Positions 23,691-37,614 of a stretch of DNA of 64,000 nt are shown here, piece by piece (position 1 is the stretch's first letter; each line of letters begins with the position of its first letter). Under the pieces are notes generated by a model. The model was given only the letters and a program-made list of their open reading frames with translations, made no database searches and had not been told where the DNA came from. A program made the translations under genes and the position numbers. This DNA is from Octopus bimaculoides. Taxonomy: Eukaryota. The stretch is taken from positions 48,441,019 to 48,505,018 of the forward strand of contig NC_068982.1 in the NCBI RefSeq assembly GCF_001194135.2, in the 5' to 3' direction.

Positions 23691-24524
23691 TATTTATCAG
23701 TATAGTCCTAGATATTCCTAAGATGAGAGAATGGTTACACATGGAACATGTTTTACCACAAGTCTGCTTGATCATGGTTGACCTGGAGCTAAAGAACAAT
23801 AACAACCACTCTAACAAAAAAAACCCAATAAAAATGATGATTGAAGCAAAAACACAGAAAAATTAGTAATTAACATTTTTGTCTTTCTTTTATTACCTGA
23901 ATATCTCTAATTTCAAATTAGTATTCTTGAAATTCTTTATACCACTTTAGCATGATGTTCATTTGTTTTGTTTTTTCTTTGTATTTTCGTTTTTTTTTTG
24001 TTTTTTTTCATCATTGGAAATTAATTTGTACTCAAGTAAAGAAATAAGGAATTGTTTAATTACAGAAAAATTATCGAAGAGAACAATTTTGCTGAATAAT
24101 TAATACTTCTGAGATGTTGATAGTTTTATTTTACTGATGGAGATAAAATAAACATTAAATAAGCAGTTAAAATATTGATCACTGCTCTAATCAGCAGAGT
24201 GGAAAGCAAATTTGTCTTATCTTCATTACTGGAAAGAGATTGGTTTAAAATTTAATAGTTATGATATGATCTAAATTTTATTTTCCACAGGATAGAAGTT
24301 AACAGTATTTAACTATCGCCTGCATGTTCAGCATTTTTCAAAGTACTAATTTTGTCTTTTATTGTATCAACAGCTATGAAGAACTGTGATTTCTAAGCAC
24401 AGACAGGCATTCTAATATTGACGCTTATTATATACAAATTTAGATGTACATGCAAATATACATATATAAATTCATACAGATAAACTTACATTTATTAATA
24501 TATATAACTTCATATCTGTTATCT

Positions 24525-24765
24525 TTGAGTTGTCTTCATTCATTTGACTGTGGCTATGCTGGGGCACCAGCTTGAAGTGGGTTTTTTTATATTCAACAAA
24601 TCACACCCAGGAATTATAAAGCCTAGTACCTATTCGATTGGTCTCTTTTGCTGAACCATTAAGTTATGGGGACATAAACAAGCCAACACCAGTTGTCAAG
24701 TAGTAATGGGGGGGGACACAGACACAAAGACACACACACTCACACAAATATATATACATATATAC

Positions 24766-24844
<79 letters not shown>

Positions 24845-25012
24845 CACATACATAATGGGCTTCTTTCAGTTTCTGATTACCAAATCCACTCACAAGGCTT
24901 TGGTTGGTCAGCTCAAAGCTACAGTAGAAGACACTTACCCAAAGCACGATACAATGGGACTGAACCCAGAACCATGTGGTCAGGAGGCAAGCTTCTTACC
25001 ACACAGCTACAC
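24525..25012 (-). mobile_element. SINE family A with expanded internal (TA)n
   Basis: Full reverse copy. Confidence 0.88.
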
Positions 25013-25354
25013 TTACAATTTATATATAATAAATGTGTACAAAAACATTCAATTATTTGTGGTTGTAGGTATTCATTTATATATGTAGATGCTCTTAGCA
25101 ACATAAAATGCTTAAATACAGATGCAGAATGATAGTTGAACACGTAGATAGCAAAATTTTAAATACACATGGATACAGACATTTGTTAGAGCAGAAGAGA
25201 TAAAAAACAAAAAAAAAAAAACTTGTATGGAAGTCAAAATTGCCTTCCATCCTTTGAATTCAATATAAGTAGCTTGCAAATACTAATGATAATGTACATG
25301 ATTATTCTATCCACTCAAAAGATGTGACTGCATGCAAACAATAGATGAAGGATT

Positions 25355-25589
25355 TTAGTTGAACAAATCGCCCCCAGGGCTTATTTTTTAAAGCCTGGTA
25401 CTTACTCTATTGGTCTCTTTTGTCGAAGTGCTAAGTTACAGAGATGTAAACACACCAACACTGGCTGTCAAGTGGTGATAGGGGGACAAACACAACACAA
25501 AGACACACACATAGATACACACACACACACACACACACACNNNNNNNNNNATAGGGGGACAAACACAACACAAAGACACACACATAGAT

Positions 25590-25633
<44 letters not shown>

Positions 25634-25795
25634 GCTACAGGCTTCTTTCAGTTTGTGTCTGCCAAATACACTCACAAGGCTTTGGATGGCCCAAGGCTAT
25701 AGTAGAAGACACTTGCCCAAAATGCCATGCAGTGGGACTGAACCTGGAATCATGTGGTTGGGAAGCAAGCTTCTTACCACACAGCCACACCTACA
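25355..25795 (-). mobile_element. SINE family A spanning a 10-N gap
   Basis: Reverse copy. About 60 nt are duplicated on either side of the gap. Confidence 0.85.
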
Positions 25796-26713
25796 TAACA
25801 TACATATATATATATACATACATATCTATATATATATAATGTATGTGTGACTATGTCAAATAAAAACTGATAAAATATGTACAAGGTCGAAGTAAGTATG
25901 GAGCTTGATATGATCAGCTAAATACTTCAAGGTAGTGCTTCAGTAATGCTGGAAGCAGTTTAATAACTGACACCACTATGAGAAAAGATTAACTACTAGT
26001 ATGAGACATTTTACTTGCTATCATGGGCCCGGGAACAGGGGGTGCAGGTGATGCAAGTGCACCCCCTAGAATTTTTGCGGAGTGCAGAACCAAAATTTGC
26101 AGCCCTACTTATTTTACTCAGGTTTACAAAACCGTGAATAAAAAAGTGATGTGTAAAAAGTACCTTGAAGTTAGGTTCCTTCTCAAAGAACAAATCACAA
26201 AAATAAATAACAGAAAAAAAAAACAAGACCAAATTTGTAAAAAAATTTGGACCTGGGTTTGCACCCCCTAAGCAAATTTCGTTCCTGAGCCACTGCTTTG
26301 CTATCACTTTTAGTCATTGAAAAGAAATGTATTTTAGCATTGATATCTGTAAATTCATTATCCTTTCTATCAATCTATATATTTATATATAGCATGTAAT
26401 TGTACTTTGACTTTACTTGATGGTTCATTCAGTGTCTGCTTACACTTTGGATGTAAAAGTATTTTGCTCTATGTGAATTTGAAGACTGATTACAATGTGT
26501 TTGTCTGTGTTTCTTACTTTTTGTTCTGTTTTTTTTTTTTTTTTTTTTTTTTTTTCCATACAAGTATTTTTGAATAACATTTTAAGAAATTCAATGGACC
26601 AATTTATAGTTCAATGAAATTCAGAAAGCAAGAGATAGGAAATATGTTGGACGTTTGATTTAAAAAAGATTTTAAAATTTCTATTTTTTGCTTTTAGTCT
26701 ATCCTAATTGTAG

Positions 26714-26770
26714 CTAGATTGTCCCAGATTCCACTCGTAATTGAAGACTGGAAGCTTCTATCCAGACTAG
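26714..26770 (+). CDS. candidate coding exon (ARLSQIPLVIEDWKLLSRL)
   Basis: Pyrimidine-rich acceptor, AG|GTATTG donor, 57 nt phase 1-1, only one frame open, non-repeat sequence. No recognised homology. Confidence 0.3.
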
Positions 26771-27098
26771 GTATTGTTGTCAAATATATAGAGTAGCATT
26801 AAAATGCTGGATTTCACACGGCTGTAAGTTTGTTCATTTTCTAAAGCAATATTAGTTTCTATCCTATGAAATAAATCATTGATAGTTCTAGATTTTTCTT
26901 TTCTAAATTGGTCTCTGCTTTATAAACTGCAATGAACCAGAGAACTTTCTTCTGAATTGTGCCAAATTGACAGAGGATAATAAAGTAGAAACTCATCCAG
27001 AATGCACAATCATATTTTATTATAATTCAAACCTATGTTTAGCAAACAGTGACTGTTTTTGTCTAACATCTTTGCTACTTTCCAAAAGCTTTAATCTT

Positions 27099-28295
27099 CA
27101 TCATCATCATCATCATCATCGTTTAACGTCCGCTTTCCATGCTAGCATGGGTTGGACGATTTGACTGAGGACTGGTGAAACCGGATGGCAACACCAGGCT
27201 CCAGTCCGATTTGGCAGAGTTTCTACAGCTGGATGCCCTTCNNNNNNNNNNNNNNNNNNNNNNNNNNNNNNNNNNNNNNNNNNNNNNNNNNNNNNNNNNN
27301 NNNNNNNNNNNNNNNNNNNNNNNNNNNNNNNNNNNNNNNNNNNNNNNNNNNNNNNNNNNNNNNNNNNNNNNNNNNNNNNNNNNNNNNNNNNNNNNNNNNN
27401 NNNNNNNNNNNNNNNNNNNNNNNNNNNNNNNNNNNNNNNNNNNNNNNNNNNNNNNNNNNNNNNNNNNNNNNNNNNNNNNNNNNNNNNNNNNNNNNNNNNN
27501 NNNNNNNNNNNNNNNNNNNNNNNNNNNNNNNNNNNNNNNNNNNNNNNNNNNNNNNNNNNNNNNNNNNNNNNNNNNNNNNNNNNNNNNNNNNNNNNNNNNN
27601 NNNNNNNNNNNNNNNNNNNNNNNNNNNNNNNNNNNNNNNNNNNNNNNNNNNNNNNNNNNNNNNNNNNNNNNNNNNNNNNNNNNNNNNNNNNNNNNNNNNN
27701 NNNNNNNNNNNNNNNNNNNNNNNNNNNNNNNNNNNNNNNNNNNNNNNNNNNNNNNNNNNNNNNNNNNNNNNNNNNNNNNNNNNNNNNNNNNNNNNNNNNN
27801 NNNNNNNNNNNNNNNNNNNNNNNNNNNNNNNNNNNNNNNNNNNNNNNNNNNNNNNNNNNNNNNNNNNNNNNNNNNNNNNNNNNNNNNNNNNNNNNNNNNN
27901 NNNNNNNNNNNNNNNNNNNNNNNNNNNNNNNNNNNNNNNNNNNNNNNNNNNNNNNNNNNNNNNNNNNNNNNNNNNNNNNNNNNNNNNNNNNNNNNNNNNN
28001 NNNNNNNNNNNNNNNNNNNNNNNNNNNNNGTTTCACTGCCATGTAGCATGGTTGTTCGTACGCATGCGTCATACAGTCTGCCTTTTACTCTGAGTGAGAG
28101 TCCCTTTGTCGCCAGCAGGGGTAAGAGCTCTCTAAACTTTGCCCAGGCTATTCTTATTCTAGCAGCTACACTTTCAGCGCACCCACCCCCACTACTAACT
28201 TGGTCGCCCAGATAGCGGAAGCTATCGACTACCTCTAGTTTTTCACCCTGGAATGAGATAGAAGTTGTTTCCTGTTTGTTTGCAGTCTTTATTGC
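27099..28295 (-). mobile_element. young 5'-truncated RTE-clade LINE spanning an assembly gap
   Basis: 28295-28030 is a stop-free 88-codon frame AIKTANKQETTSISFQGEKLEVVDSFRYLGDQVSSGGGCAESVAARIRIAWAKFRELLPLLATKGLSLRVKGRLYDACVRTTMLHGSE (RTE RT C-terminal motifs). 27241-27099 is the tail with (GAT)n. Confidence 0.92.
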
Positions 28296-29056
28296 GTAAG
28301 AAATTATTTTTGTTATTCTCTTTAATGTATATAAATTTTACATCACATTGATGGTTGTTTTTATTGATGTTGCATAGCCCCAGCTAACATACAAGAGGTG
28401 CTGTATGAATAACAAGTTCAAATTATGGTCATTCATGTTTTTGAGTTTATATCACACAACTGATGTTGGTGTGTTTACATCCCCATAACTTAGTGGTTTG
28501 GCAAAAGTTACTAGGCTTACAAAGAATAAGTCCTGGGGTCGATTTGTTCAACTAAAGGTGGTGCTCCAGCATGGCCACAGTCAAATGAATGAAACAAGCT
28601 AAACAATAAAAGAGTATATGTATGTATGTATGTGCATATATAACAGGTTCCTTTCAGTTTATGTCTACCAAATCATTCACAAGGCTTTGGTGAGCTCAAA
28701 ATTATTGTAGAAGACACTTGTCCAAGGATCCACACAACAGGTCTGAACCCAGATCCATGTGGATGGATAGCAAACATCTTACAACATAGCCATGCCAGAA
28801 CCTGTAAATAAATTATATATAAAGTTCCCTAGAAATGAAGTATACTGTCTTGTAGCAATTTACAAATCATGGAAACAACTATCAGTGCAGACTTAGTTGT
28901 GTGGCTTAGATATTTGCTTGCAATCGCACAGTCTCAGCTCCCATCCAACTATGTGACACCTAAGCAAGCATCTTATACAATAGTCTTTGTTTGCCCAATA
29001 CTCTGTGAGTGATATATGAAACTGCAGAGGTCCAGTGTGTTTGTGTGCATGAATGC

Positions 29057-29123
<67 letters not shown>

Positions 29124-29939
29124 TGTGTATGTGTGAGTGTGGGAGTGTGTGTGAGGACTGCACTGATTAATTGGCAGATAATTGGCCATGTTGGCCACTT
29201 TGTCAATTAATCAGTATCAACATTTGGTGAATTGGTTTTTATAACCGGCCATTTTCATTTTTTGTCTTTATAATTATTGATAAGCATGTATGTTGCCGAA
29301 AGAGATCCATGACTGTCAATGAAATTCATAAAGTATATTGGATTCAACATGTAAAAGTACATAAGAAACATATATTATTTTCTACGGCATACAGCTGAAG
29401 ACCACCAGTATATTCAAACTCAGTTCATAATGCTTGAACATATTGATTTCTGTATTTGAGAATTACATGGGAATGCCCCTGGGGTCTTAATTTCCTATAC
29501 TAAAAGGGTATCAAAAAAAAAAGAATACTTGAAAGAATACATACTTAAAGGAATTAATGCAAAGATTATAAAGATTCTTATTCATCAAGAGTGGTGAAAT
29601 TTCTAGCCTGTTTAGTAAAGATGCAGTTGATTTTTTTTTAATTTTGTTTAAGAAGGTTGAGATAACAGGGATCATTATTAATGTAAAAATTATCCATTAA
29701 TAACGATTCCTGTTATTTTAAACTTCTTAAAGAAAAGTCAACAGCATCCTTACTTATGACAGAATTTGTACTCCTCTCTTGGGGAACCATCTTAGGTGAA
29801 ACCACTATACCAATATGTTTTGACATGAGTCAATATCATGATTACAAGAGAATAAAAAGATTAAGTTTAGATAGCTACAGTATTTTCTGGCATACAAGTC
29901 AATGTAATATATAATGTAAACATTTAAACATTGTCATTT

Positions 29940-30650
29940 TCTTTCTAAATCTTGCTGCATAACATGGAATTTTTGGTCCCCCAAAAGTCGTCTTGATGTA
30001 TAAATTGGCCCATCATTTTCGGCTGTAAGTTTTGGTCTGAAAAATTCAATTTGTATTACTAGAAAATAAGGTACATTGTCTTGTGCATATTGTTTTGGAT
30101 AAAGGTATGTAATCTTCTGTATATAATATTGGGTGCAGATATATAGTCTTGTGTGTATAGGTATGTGTGTAGATATAAATTCTGTAAATTCTCACCTTGC
30201 ATTCAACTATTGAAACAGGTATACCAAAATTTCCAGAATGCACATTGATGTAGTGTATAGTGTAAACATGTACATTAACATTCAAAAATCTTCACTGTCC
30301 TTTCAAATCCTGATGAATTTAACATGGAGATTTTGGTACTCTAAAGTTCTCTTGTATAAGTTTACATACTTATCTTACTTTTGGTTTTATGCCAACATAA
30401 CTATTCAGATTACTTATGGTGGTCATACAATGATTAAACAAGATGGAAACCTAAGTGAGGGTGCAGAATGATACAGTTCAATAACAATAAAAAGTAGAAA
30501 CTACCATATTTTCTGGTATACAAGTCTAATTTTTCAGACCAAAATTTACAGTAAAAAAAAAAGTAGGTCAATTTATACACCAAGACAATTTTGGAGGACT
30601 AAAAGTTCCATGTGAAATGCAACACGATTTGGAAAGGTAGTGAAGATGTT
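29940..30650. mobile_element. non-autonomous DNA-transposon-like repeat with ~110-bp internal repeats (pogo/Tc1-mariner-type terminus)
   Basis: The unit AAATCCTGCTG...AAATTTTGGTCTG.AAAATT occurs at about 29945 and 30300, and inverted at about 30504 beginning TA|CCATATTTTCTGGTATACAAGTC. Homologous to 34538-35047. Confidence 0.45.
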
Positions 30651-31119
30651 TGAATGCTTACACTGTATACTATGTCAACTTGTATTGTGGAAAATATAAT
30701 AAGATAAAATAAGCCTGATTCTTTCATCATATACTCTCAAATAGTAGCTGAATAATTATGAATATTTTGATATATTACCTACAATTAAATATAATACACA
30801 TTTTCACATAACAATACGAAATTACATTATAAATAATCGTTATCCAATTAATTATATTGGCTGACAAGTCAAGAGCGATCAATCAGTAAACAGTAACCAG
30901 CCACTTTTGTTTATCCCTCACACACACACACACACATCCTATAATAAATCTGAGTGATGTTTCTCTGCCTCTTACGTTTTTATGTTTGTTAACTCCTCTT
31001 AGACTGTTAGTGCAAGGACAACAAAATTCAGACCAGCAACTTCTCTACTCCCAGGAAATGTCCTAATGGGGTCTATTTTTTTAAGGACTGTAGATAGTTA
31101 GATAGATATACATACATAC

Positions 31120-31530
31120 ACATATCATCATCATTTAATGCCTGTTTTCCATGCTGGCATGGGTTGGATGATACATACATACATATATCATCACCATTTA
31201 ACATCCATTGTCCATGCTGGCATGGGTTGGACGGTTTGACTGGCATGTGTGCCATTTGCATGACACATGTATCTGCTATGACTGCGATTTTGTTTGGCTT
31301 GATGGGTCTTCTTGTCAAGCATAACATAATGCCAAAGGTCTTGGTCATTGCCTCCGTGAGGCCCAACACTTGAAAGGAGTTCGACCACTTTGCCTCCATG
31401 AAGCCCAATGTTCAAAAGGAACTCAGCCATTTCCCCTCCATGAAGCCCATTCGAAAGGAACTTAGTGACCTCACCTCCATGAGGCCCAACACTTGAAAGG
31501 AACTCAGCCACTTTGCCTCCATGAGGCCCA
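31120..31530 (-). mobile_element. RTE 3' end with a 42-bp tandem amplification of the ORF end
   Basis: Minus strand ..QVLGLTEAMT../DQDLWHYVMLDKKTHQAK, then the tail, which is duplicated at 31120-31230. Units of 42, 42, 39, 42 and about 18 nt at 31350-31530. Confidence 0.8.
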
Positions 31531-32047
31531 CATTTTAAAATATATATGGTGAATATTGGTGAAATGATGGCACATTATAAAAAAAAACACACTATGTTAT
31601 AATTATCCACCCAAGTTGTACTGATAATCCCTTGTTACTGTCACCATCAGAAATGCAGTAAACAAGTGTTTGCTTCTTTGGAAACATGTAACCAACAATA
31701 CCATTGTTTGCTAAATGCAATAAGATAAAGCAAAATAGAAGAAAATGAGAATTTTCTATTTTTGTTTTGTCTGTCATTTCATTTTATTTTATTATAGTTG
31801 AAATGTAAGTTATTAAAGGGAAACGATCATTAAAGCCATCTGCTTGTGCTTGATAACTGAAGACAATTATATACACTGAGTCATCTTATCGTTACATATA
31901 TATTTTTTTCTTTTGTACCTAAAGTGGTATTATTTCAACAATTAATTTGTACAAAGACTGATAAGTTATCAAAGTTCAAACTATGAAATATGAAAAATCT
32001 CCGCACAAAAGTGTCAGCTTTTATCTTCATTATTCATTATAGCTTGT

Positions 32048-32086
<39 letters not shown>

Positions 32087-32099
32087 CATATGAATATAT

Positions 32100-32307
32100 T
32101 CTTTTACTACTTGTTTCAGTCATTTCACTGCAGCCATGCTGGAGCACCACCTTAAAGGGTTTTGGTCAAAGAAATCGACCTTGGGACTTATTATTTGTAA
32201 GCACAGCACTTATTCTGTTGGTGTCTATTGCTGAACCGCCAAGTTAGGGAGATGCAAGAACACCAGCATTGGTTGTCAAGCAATGGTGGAAGGACAAACA
32301 CAGACAT

Positions 32308-32385
<78 letters not shown>

Positions 32386-32700
32386 GACAGGCTTCTTTCA
32401 GTTTCCGTTTGTCAAATCCACTCACAAGGCTCTGGTCGGCCAGAGGCTATAGTAGAAGATGCTTACCAAAGGTGTCATACAGTGGGACTGAACCTGGAAC
32501 TATGTGGTTGGGAAGCAAGCTTCTTACCACACAGCTATGACTCGCCACAGTCATGGCTTTGTGTTAAGGAGTTTGCTTCCCAGCTACATAGTACTGGATT
32601 CAGTCCCACAGCAAGTCACCTTGGATAAGTGACTGCTACTATATCTCTGAGCCAACCAAATCTTTGTGAGTAGCCTTGGTAGATGGAAACTGAAAGAAAC
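32100..32700. mobile_element. head-to-head SINE family A pair (32100-32540 minus, 32548-32700 plus)
   Basis: A full reverse copy immediately followed by a forward head fragment. Confidence 0.85.
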
Positions 32701-33834
32701 TTTAACCAGAGGTGATTTCTTCTGGAAAAAGAGGAGACAGATGATGAGATGATAGACAGAAGGAAAAGGAGAGAGGAAGAGAATGGTGATTTATCAAGAC
32801 TGCAAGGAAGAATGGCAAAGTTGACCTCAGATTGTAGAGAGCAAGAATGAATACCATAAAGCAATTTATTGATGTTTTAATTACTTGACCAATTCATTGC
32901 TATACTATTCTGATTCTATCCTGCATAATGTGGACTCTTGTTATAAATGACAAATGTGGGTTGAACAACCTGCACAAATCATTTGTTTACTGTGATCAAA
33001 TGTTTGTAATTTACACTAGCTCACTCTCTCCATCAAATCAACATTGTCTGTTAAGGTGTACAAGTGTGCCACGCGACATGTCAAAGTTATCACTGAGTAA
33101 CATGAAATGAAATGTTTTCCTCAAGAACACAAGACTGAACCCAATCCAGGAATTGAAACCATGATGTCACAATCACGAGTGCAACATTCTACCCATTGCT
33201 CCACATGCTTTCACTGCTTTGACTATAATGTACTGAATATAGACAGTCTCAGACATAGAAAAGACTCAAATCCAGGAAATATTCAGGTGAAGTTATAAAA
33301 CTTTACTTATTTCCTTCATTCATTCATCAATTAATTAAATAACTGGCAAAGACTGCTGATATATAATGTCTTTTACTAAATTAAAATTTGAATCAATATT
33401 TGATAGCAGACAATGTCTTCCTATTCTGTGTTTATTCAATGGTGTACGCCAAAATTTTATACTCTACTGGCCATAATCTTCTTGATGCTGATGATGGCAT
33501 ATCTCTTTCATTTGCCGCCAATGGCTCTTAGGGTCTGTACGCATACATACATGTGCACATGCATGCGTCTATGTTACTCTTTCCTTACCTTGACATTGCA
33601 TGATAGTTGCAAGCATCACCATCATACATACAAACCATGTCCCCTTTCTTTTCAGTTTTCAAAGACCTAACTTAGAAACAGGTAAGGGTTTGTGATAGGA
33701 AGGGCATCCAGCCATAAAAAAAATCTACCTCAATAAATTCAATCCAGCGCATATAAACAAGGAAAAGTAGACATTAAATGATGGTGATGATGGTGATATT
33801 TGGGGTACTAGGAAACCAGGGCTATATCTCTTAT

Positions 33835-34250
33835 ATCTTTTATTTGTTTCAGTCATTAGATTGCAGCCATGCTGGGGCACCACCTTGAAGAATTTTTAGT
33901 CAAATGTATCAACTCTGCTACTTATTTTCTTAAAAGCCTGGTACTTATTTTATCGGTCTCTTTTGCCAAACCACCAAGTTATGGGGATGTAAACACACTA
34001 GAACCGGTTGTCAAGTGGCATGGAGGGACTAACACGGATACACGCACACACACACAGACACACACGTACACGTATACATAGATACATGTGACAGACTTCA
34101 ATTACTGTCTACCAAATCCACTCACAAGACTTTGCTCAGCCTGGGGCTATAGTAGAAGAAACTTGCTCAAGGTCTCATGCAGAGGGACTGAACCTGAGAC
34201 AGTGTGGTTTGGAAGTAAGCTTCATACCACACAGCTATGCCTGTGCCTCT
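33835..34250 (-). mobile_element. SINE family A
   Basis: Full reverse copy. Confidence 0.87.
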
Positions 34251-34537
34251 GTGTAATAATCTATACTTCTAAGAAGCGTTGTTATCAGTACCAGGCTTTT
34301 AAGAAAATAAATACCGGAATTGATACATTTGACTAAAACATTATTATTACTGCTATTATTCATTAACTGAGAACATGTTTTAGGATGCAACCTGATGACT
34401 AACAACATGTGAATGCCAGACAGTGTGTTATGAAGGATTTACTACTGTATGTCATGATCCTCAGTAATATCTATTCCTGTGTTTGAGAGAGGTTTATAAC
34501 TTGGTACAATGCAAGATTTGACAAACAGAGCTGCATA

Positions 34538-35047
34538 CCATATTTTTGGATATACAGGTCGATGTAAAATGTAGTGCAAATACATAGTGTAGGGGTCCAA
34601 ACATCATCACTATCACTTCAAATCCTGCTGTATTTCATATGGAATTATTGATCCACAAAAATCGTCTTGGTGTATAAAGTAACTTATCTTTTGTAAATTT
34701 TGGTCTGGAAAATTTGACTTGTGGTTGTCTTGGGTAGAGATATATAATCTTGTCTATATAATATTGGGTGCAGATATATATTGTTGCATATGTAGTGATG
34801 AATGTAGATTAAATTCTGGAAATTCTCATCCTGTGTTCACCTCTTGAAACAAACAACACATTTTCCAGCATAAAAGTTGATGTAGTGTATGTGGTTAACA
34901 TGTAGTGTAAATATTCATACAATGTCACAATCTTTCCAAATCCTGCTGCATTTCACATGAAATTTTTTGTCCACAAAAATTTTCTGGGTGTATAGATTGA
35001 TGTACCTTTTTTGGCTGTAAATTTTGGTGTGGAAAATTTGACTTGTG
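34538..35047 (+). mobile_element. second copy of the non-autonomous DNA-transposon-like repeat
   Basis: Starts TA|CCATATTTTTGGATATACAGGTCG. Direct repeats of about 110 bp at 34615-34722 and 34933-35047 flank a spacer homologous to 30055-30298. Confidence 0.5.
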
Positions 35048-36483
35048 AGAAAATATTGTAATTTTTGCCATTGTTATTCATGACGTTTCATTTTAGAGTG
35101 AAATAATTGTAATTTTATCTCATTGTACATACAATATCCTACTAATTATCATCATTATATGTTTGACAGAGTGAAGGCACATGACTCAGTGGTTAGAATG
35201 TCAGGGTTACAATCATGAGGTTGTGAGTTCAATTCTTGGACTGGGCTGTGTGTTGTGTTCTTGAGCAAAACATTTATTTTATGTTGCCCCAATTCACTCA
35301 GCTGTAGAAATGAGTTGTGATGTCAGGGTACCAAACAGTATCAGCTTCTGCATTTCCCTTGGACAACATTGGTGGCATGAAGAGGGGAGACTGGTATGCA
35401 TGGGCGATTGCCGGTCTTCTATAAAGAATCTTACCCGGACTTGTGCCTCAGAGGGTAACTTTCTAGGTGCAATCTCATGGTCATTCATGACTAGAGGGGA
35501 TCTTTACAAATGTTTGATAAAAGCAGTCTTCAGATTCTTCTCAGGCATCTTTTGTGCTCTAATATAAATTTGGAAACTGGAACAAAAAACAGGTTGCAAG
35601 GAGATTAGGAAATTAACCTTTAAATATTACCATCACTATTTNNNNNNNNNNCTGAATGTAGCCTGTCATATATATATTTATATATATATGTTTATATCTG
35701 TGTGTGTGTCTTTGTGTCTGTGTCTGTCCCTCCCATCATTGCTTCGACAACTGGTGCTAGTGTGTTTACATCCCTGTAACTTAGCGGTTCCACAAAAGAG
35801 ACCGATAAAATAATTACTAGGCTTACAAAATAAGCCCTGGGGTCAAGATAGTGCTCCAGTATAACCGCACCCAAATGATTGAAACAAGTAGAATAAAAGA
35901 ATAAAGAATAAAGCTAAAGCCTGAATTTTCTGAATTATAATACGTTTACATATGTGGAAATTTCACGTTAATGTTTAGAAAGCTGATACATAAAATCCCA
36001 ACAGAGTTCTTTATTAATAGCTGCATGAACAGTGAATACATGAGGATTGTACATTGAGGTAGACGTTTTGAAACATGGCTGATTAATAACTATTTATAAA
36101 ATATCGTTTTCAGAAAGCTGTAAATTATTAGCTTAGAATCATCAATTATTATTTCCTTATTTGCTTGCTTGCAAACATGGCTTATGTAAACTGAAAATTG
36201 ATATGAAAAAAATGTAAAATATATACATAAATATATATATGTGTGTGTGTGTGTGTGTGTNNNNNNNNNNNNNNNNNNNNNNNNNNNNNNNNNNNNNNNN
36301 NNNNNNNNNNNNNNNNNNNNNNNNNNNNNNNNNNNNNNNNNNNNNNNNNNNNNNNNNNNNNNNNNNNNNNNNNNNNNNNNNNNNNNNNNNNNNNNNNNNN
36401 NNNNNNNNNNNNNNNNNNNNNNNNNNNNNNNNNNNNNNNNNNNNNNNNNNNNNNNNNNNNNNNNNNNNNNNNNNNNNNNNNNN

Positions 36484-36518
<35 letters not shown>

Positions 36519-37568
36519 GATGTATACAGTTTCTGTCTACCAAATCCACTCACAAAGAATTGGCTGGCCCAACGTTATAGTAGAAGACACTTGCCCAAGG
36601 TGCCACACAGTGGGACCCGGAACCATGTGGCTGGTAAGCAACCTACTTACCACATAGCTACTCCTGTGCCTTAAATGAAAGTGATGCATTGGCATATATG
36701 TATATACATACACATATATATACATAAATACATATTTATGTACACACATACATGCATATATACATACATGAATACATATATATACATACATATAAATATA
36801 CATAGTAATATTCTCTTGGTTGTGATGAAAATAAAGCCTTAACTTCTTATAAAATCCTACTTCACATGCTATTCCTATCAAATGTCTCTTATTTTGTCTG
36901 AGAAGTTCAGCATCCTCATATATTACCTGGCTACTTCATCCTACTTCTTGTATGGCCTTCTTGAGTCAGGCATACTGACCTTCCTATTTGCATAATTACT
37001 TCATGATTCTTTCCTCACTACTTTGACTAAGTATGAGGAGGCTGTGTTTCATAGATTAAGTCATAATATCAAAATAGTCTAGTAAGAACAAGATTAGACA
37101 TTGGCTCAGGTTTTTATGCACTACTGAATTATATGTCTAGCTAGGTTCTTTTTTTATGTTCCCTACTCCAGTGAAGGTAGAACATTTAAGGAGTAGCTTC
37201 TTTCTCAAACTGTCAGAGATTCTGCTGCATCTGTTATGTACATATCATTTGCATATAGATGAGTGCTATATATATATATATATATATATATATAGGCAAA
37301 CAGTAATCCCTTGCCATATCATGGTTCGTCTATTGTGCACTCAGTACATTGCAGTTCACTTATCGCATGCTCGGTACACCTATAGCATGCTCAGTACATC
37401 ATGGATTTTTCTGGCTAATATATGTAAATTTATATTGTAGGCTTCTCACTATATCGTGGATTTCTATNNNNNNNNNNNNNNNNNNNNNNNNNNNNNNNNN
37501 NNNNNNNNNNNNNNNNNNNNNNNNNNNNNNNNNNNNNNNNNNNNNNNNATACACACATACATACATAT

Positions 37569-37614
<46 letters not shown>

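Noticed and set aside
25481-25615. About 60-nt direct duplication inside a SINE
   Set aside because: It straddles a 10-N gap and is most likely an unmerged contig overlap. The same applies at 55765-55890.
27165-27182. CTGAGGA-CTGGT-GAAAC in the antisense RTE tail, looking like a hammerhead core
   Set aside because: The 5 nt between the core halves cannot form stem II, and there is no stem I or stem III.
31592-31777. Minus ORF with ISDGDS (Kolobok-like GDGDS) and a strong acceptor
   Set aside because: A six-residue resemblance with no other transposase motifs. Two frames are open and there is no clear donor.
32715-32850. E/R-rich frame LLEKEETDDEMIDRRKRREEENGD...
   Set aside because: Purine-rich low-complexity sequence with an upstream in-frame stop and no usable splice sites.
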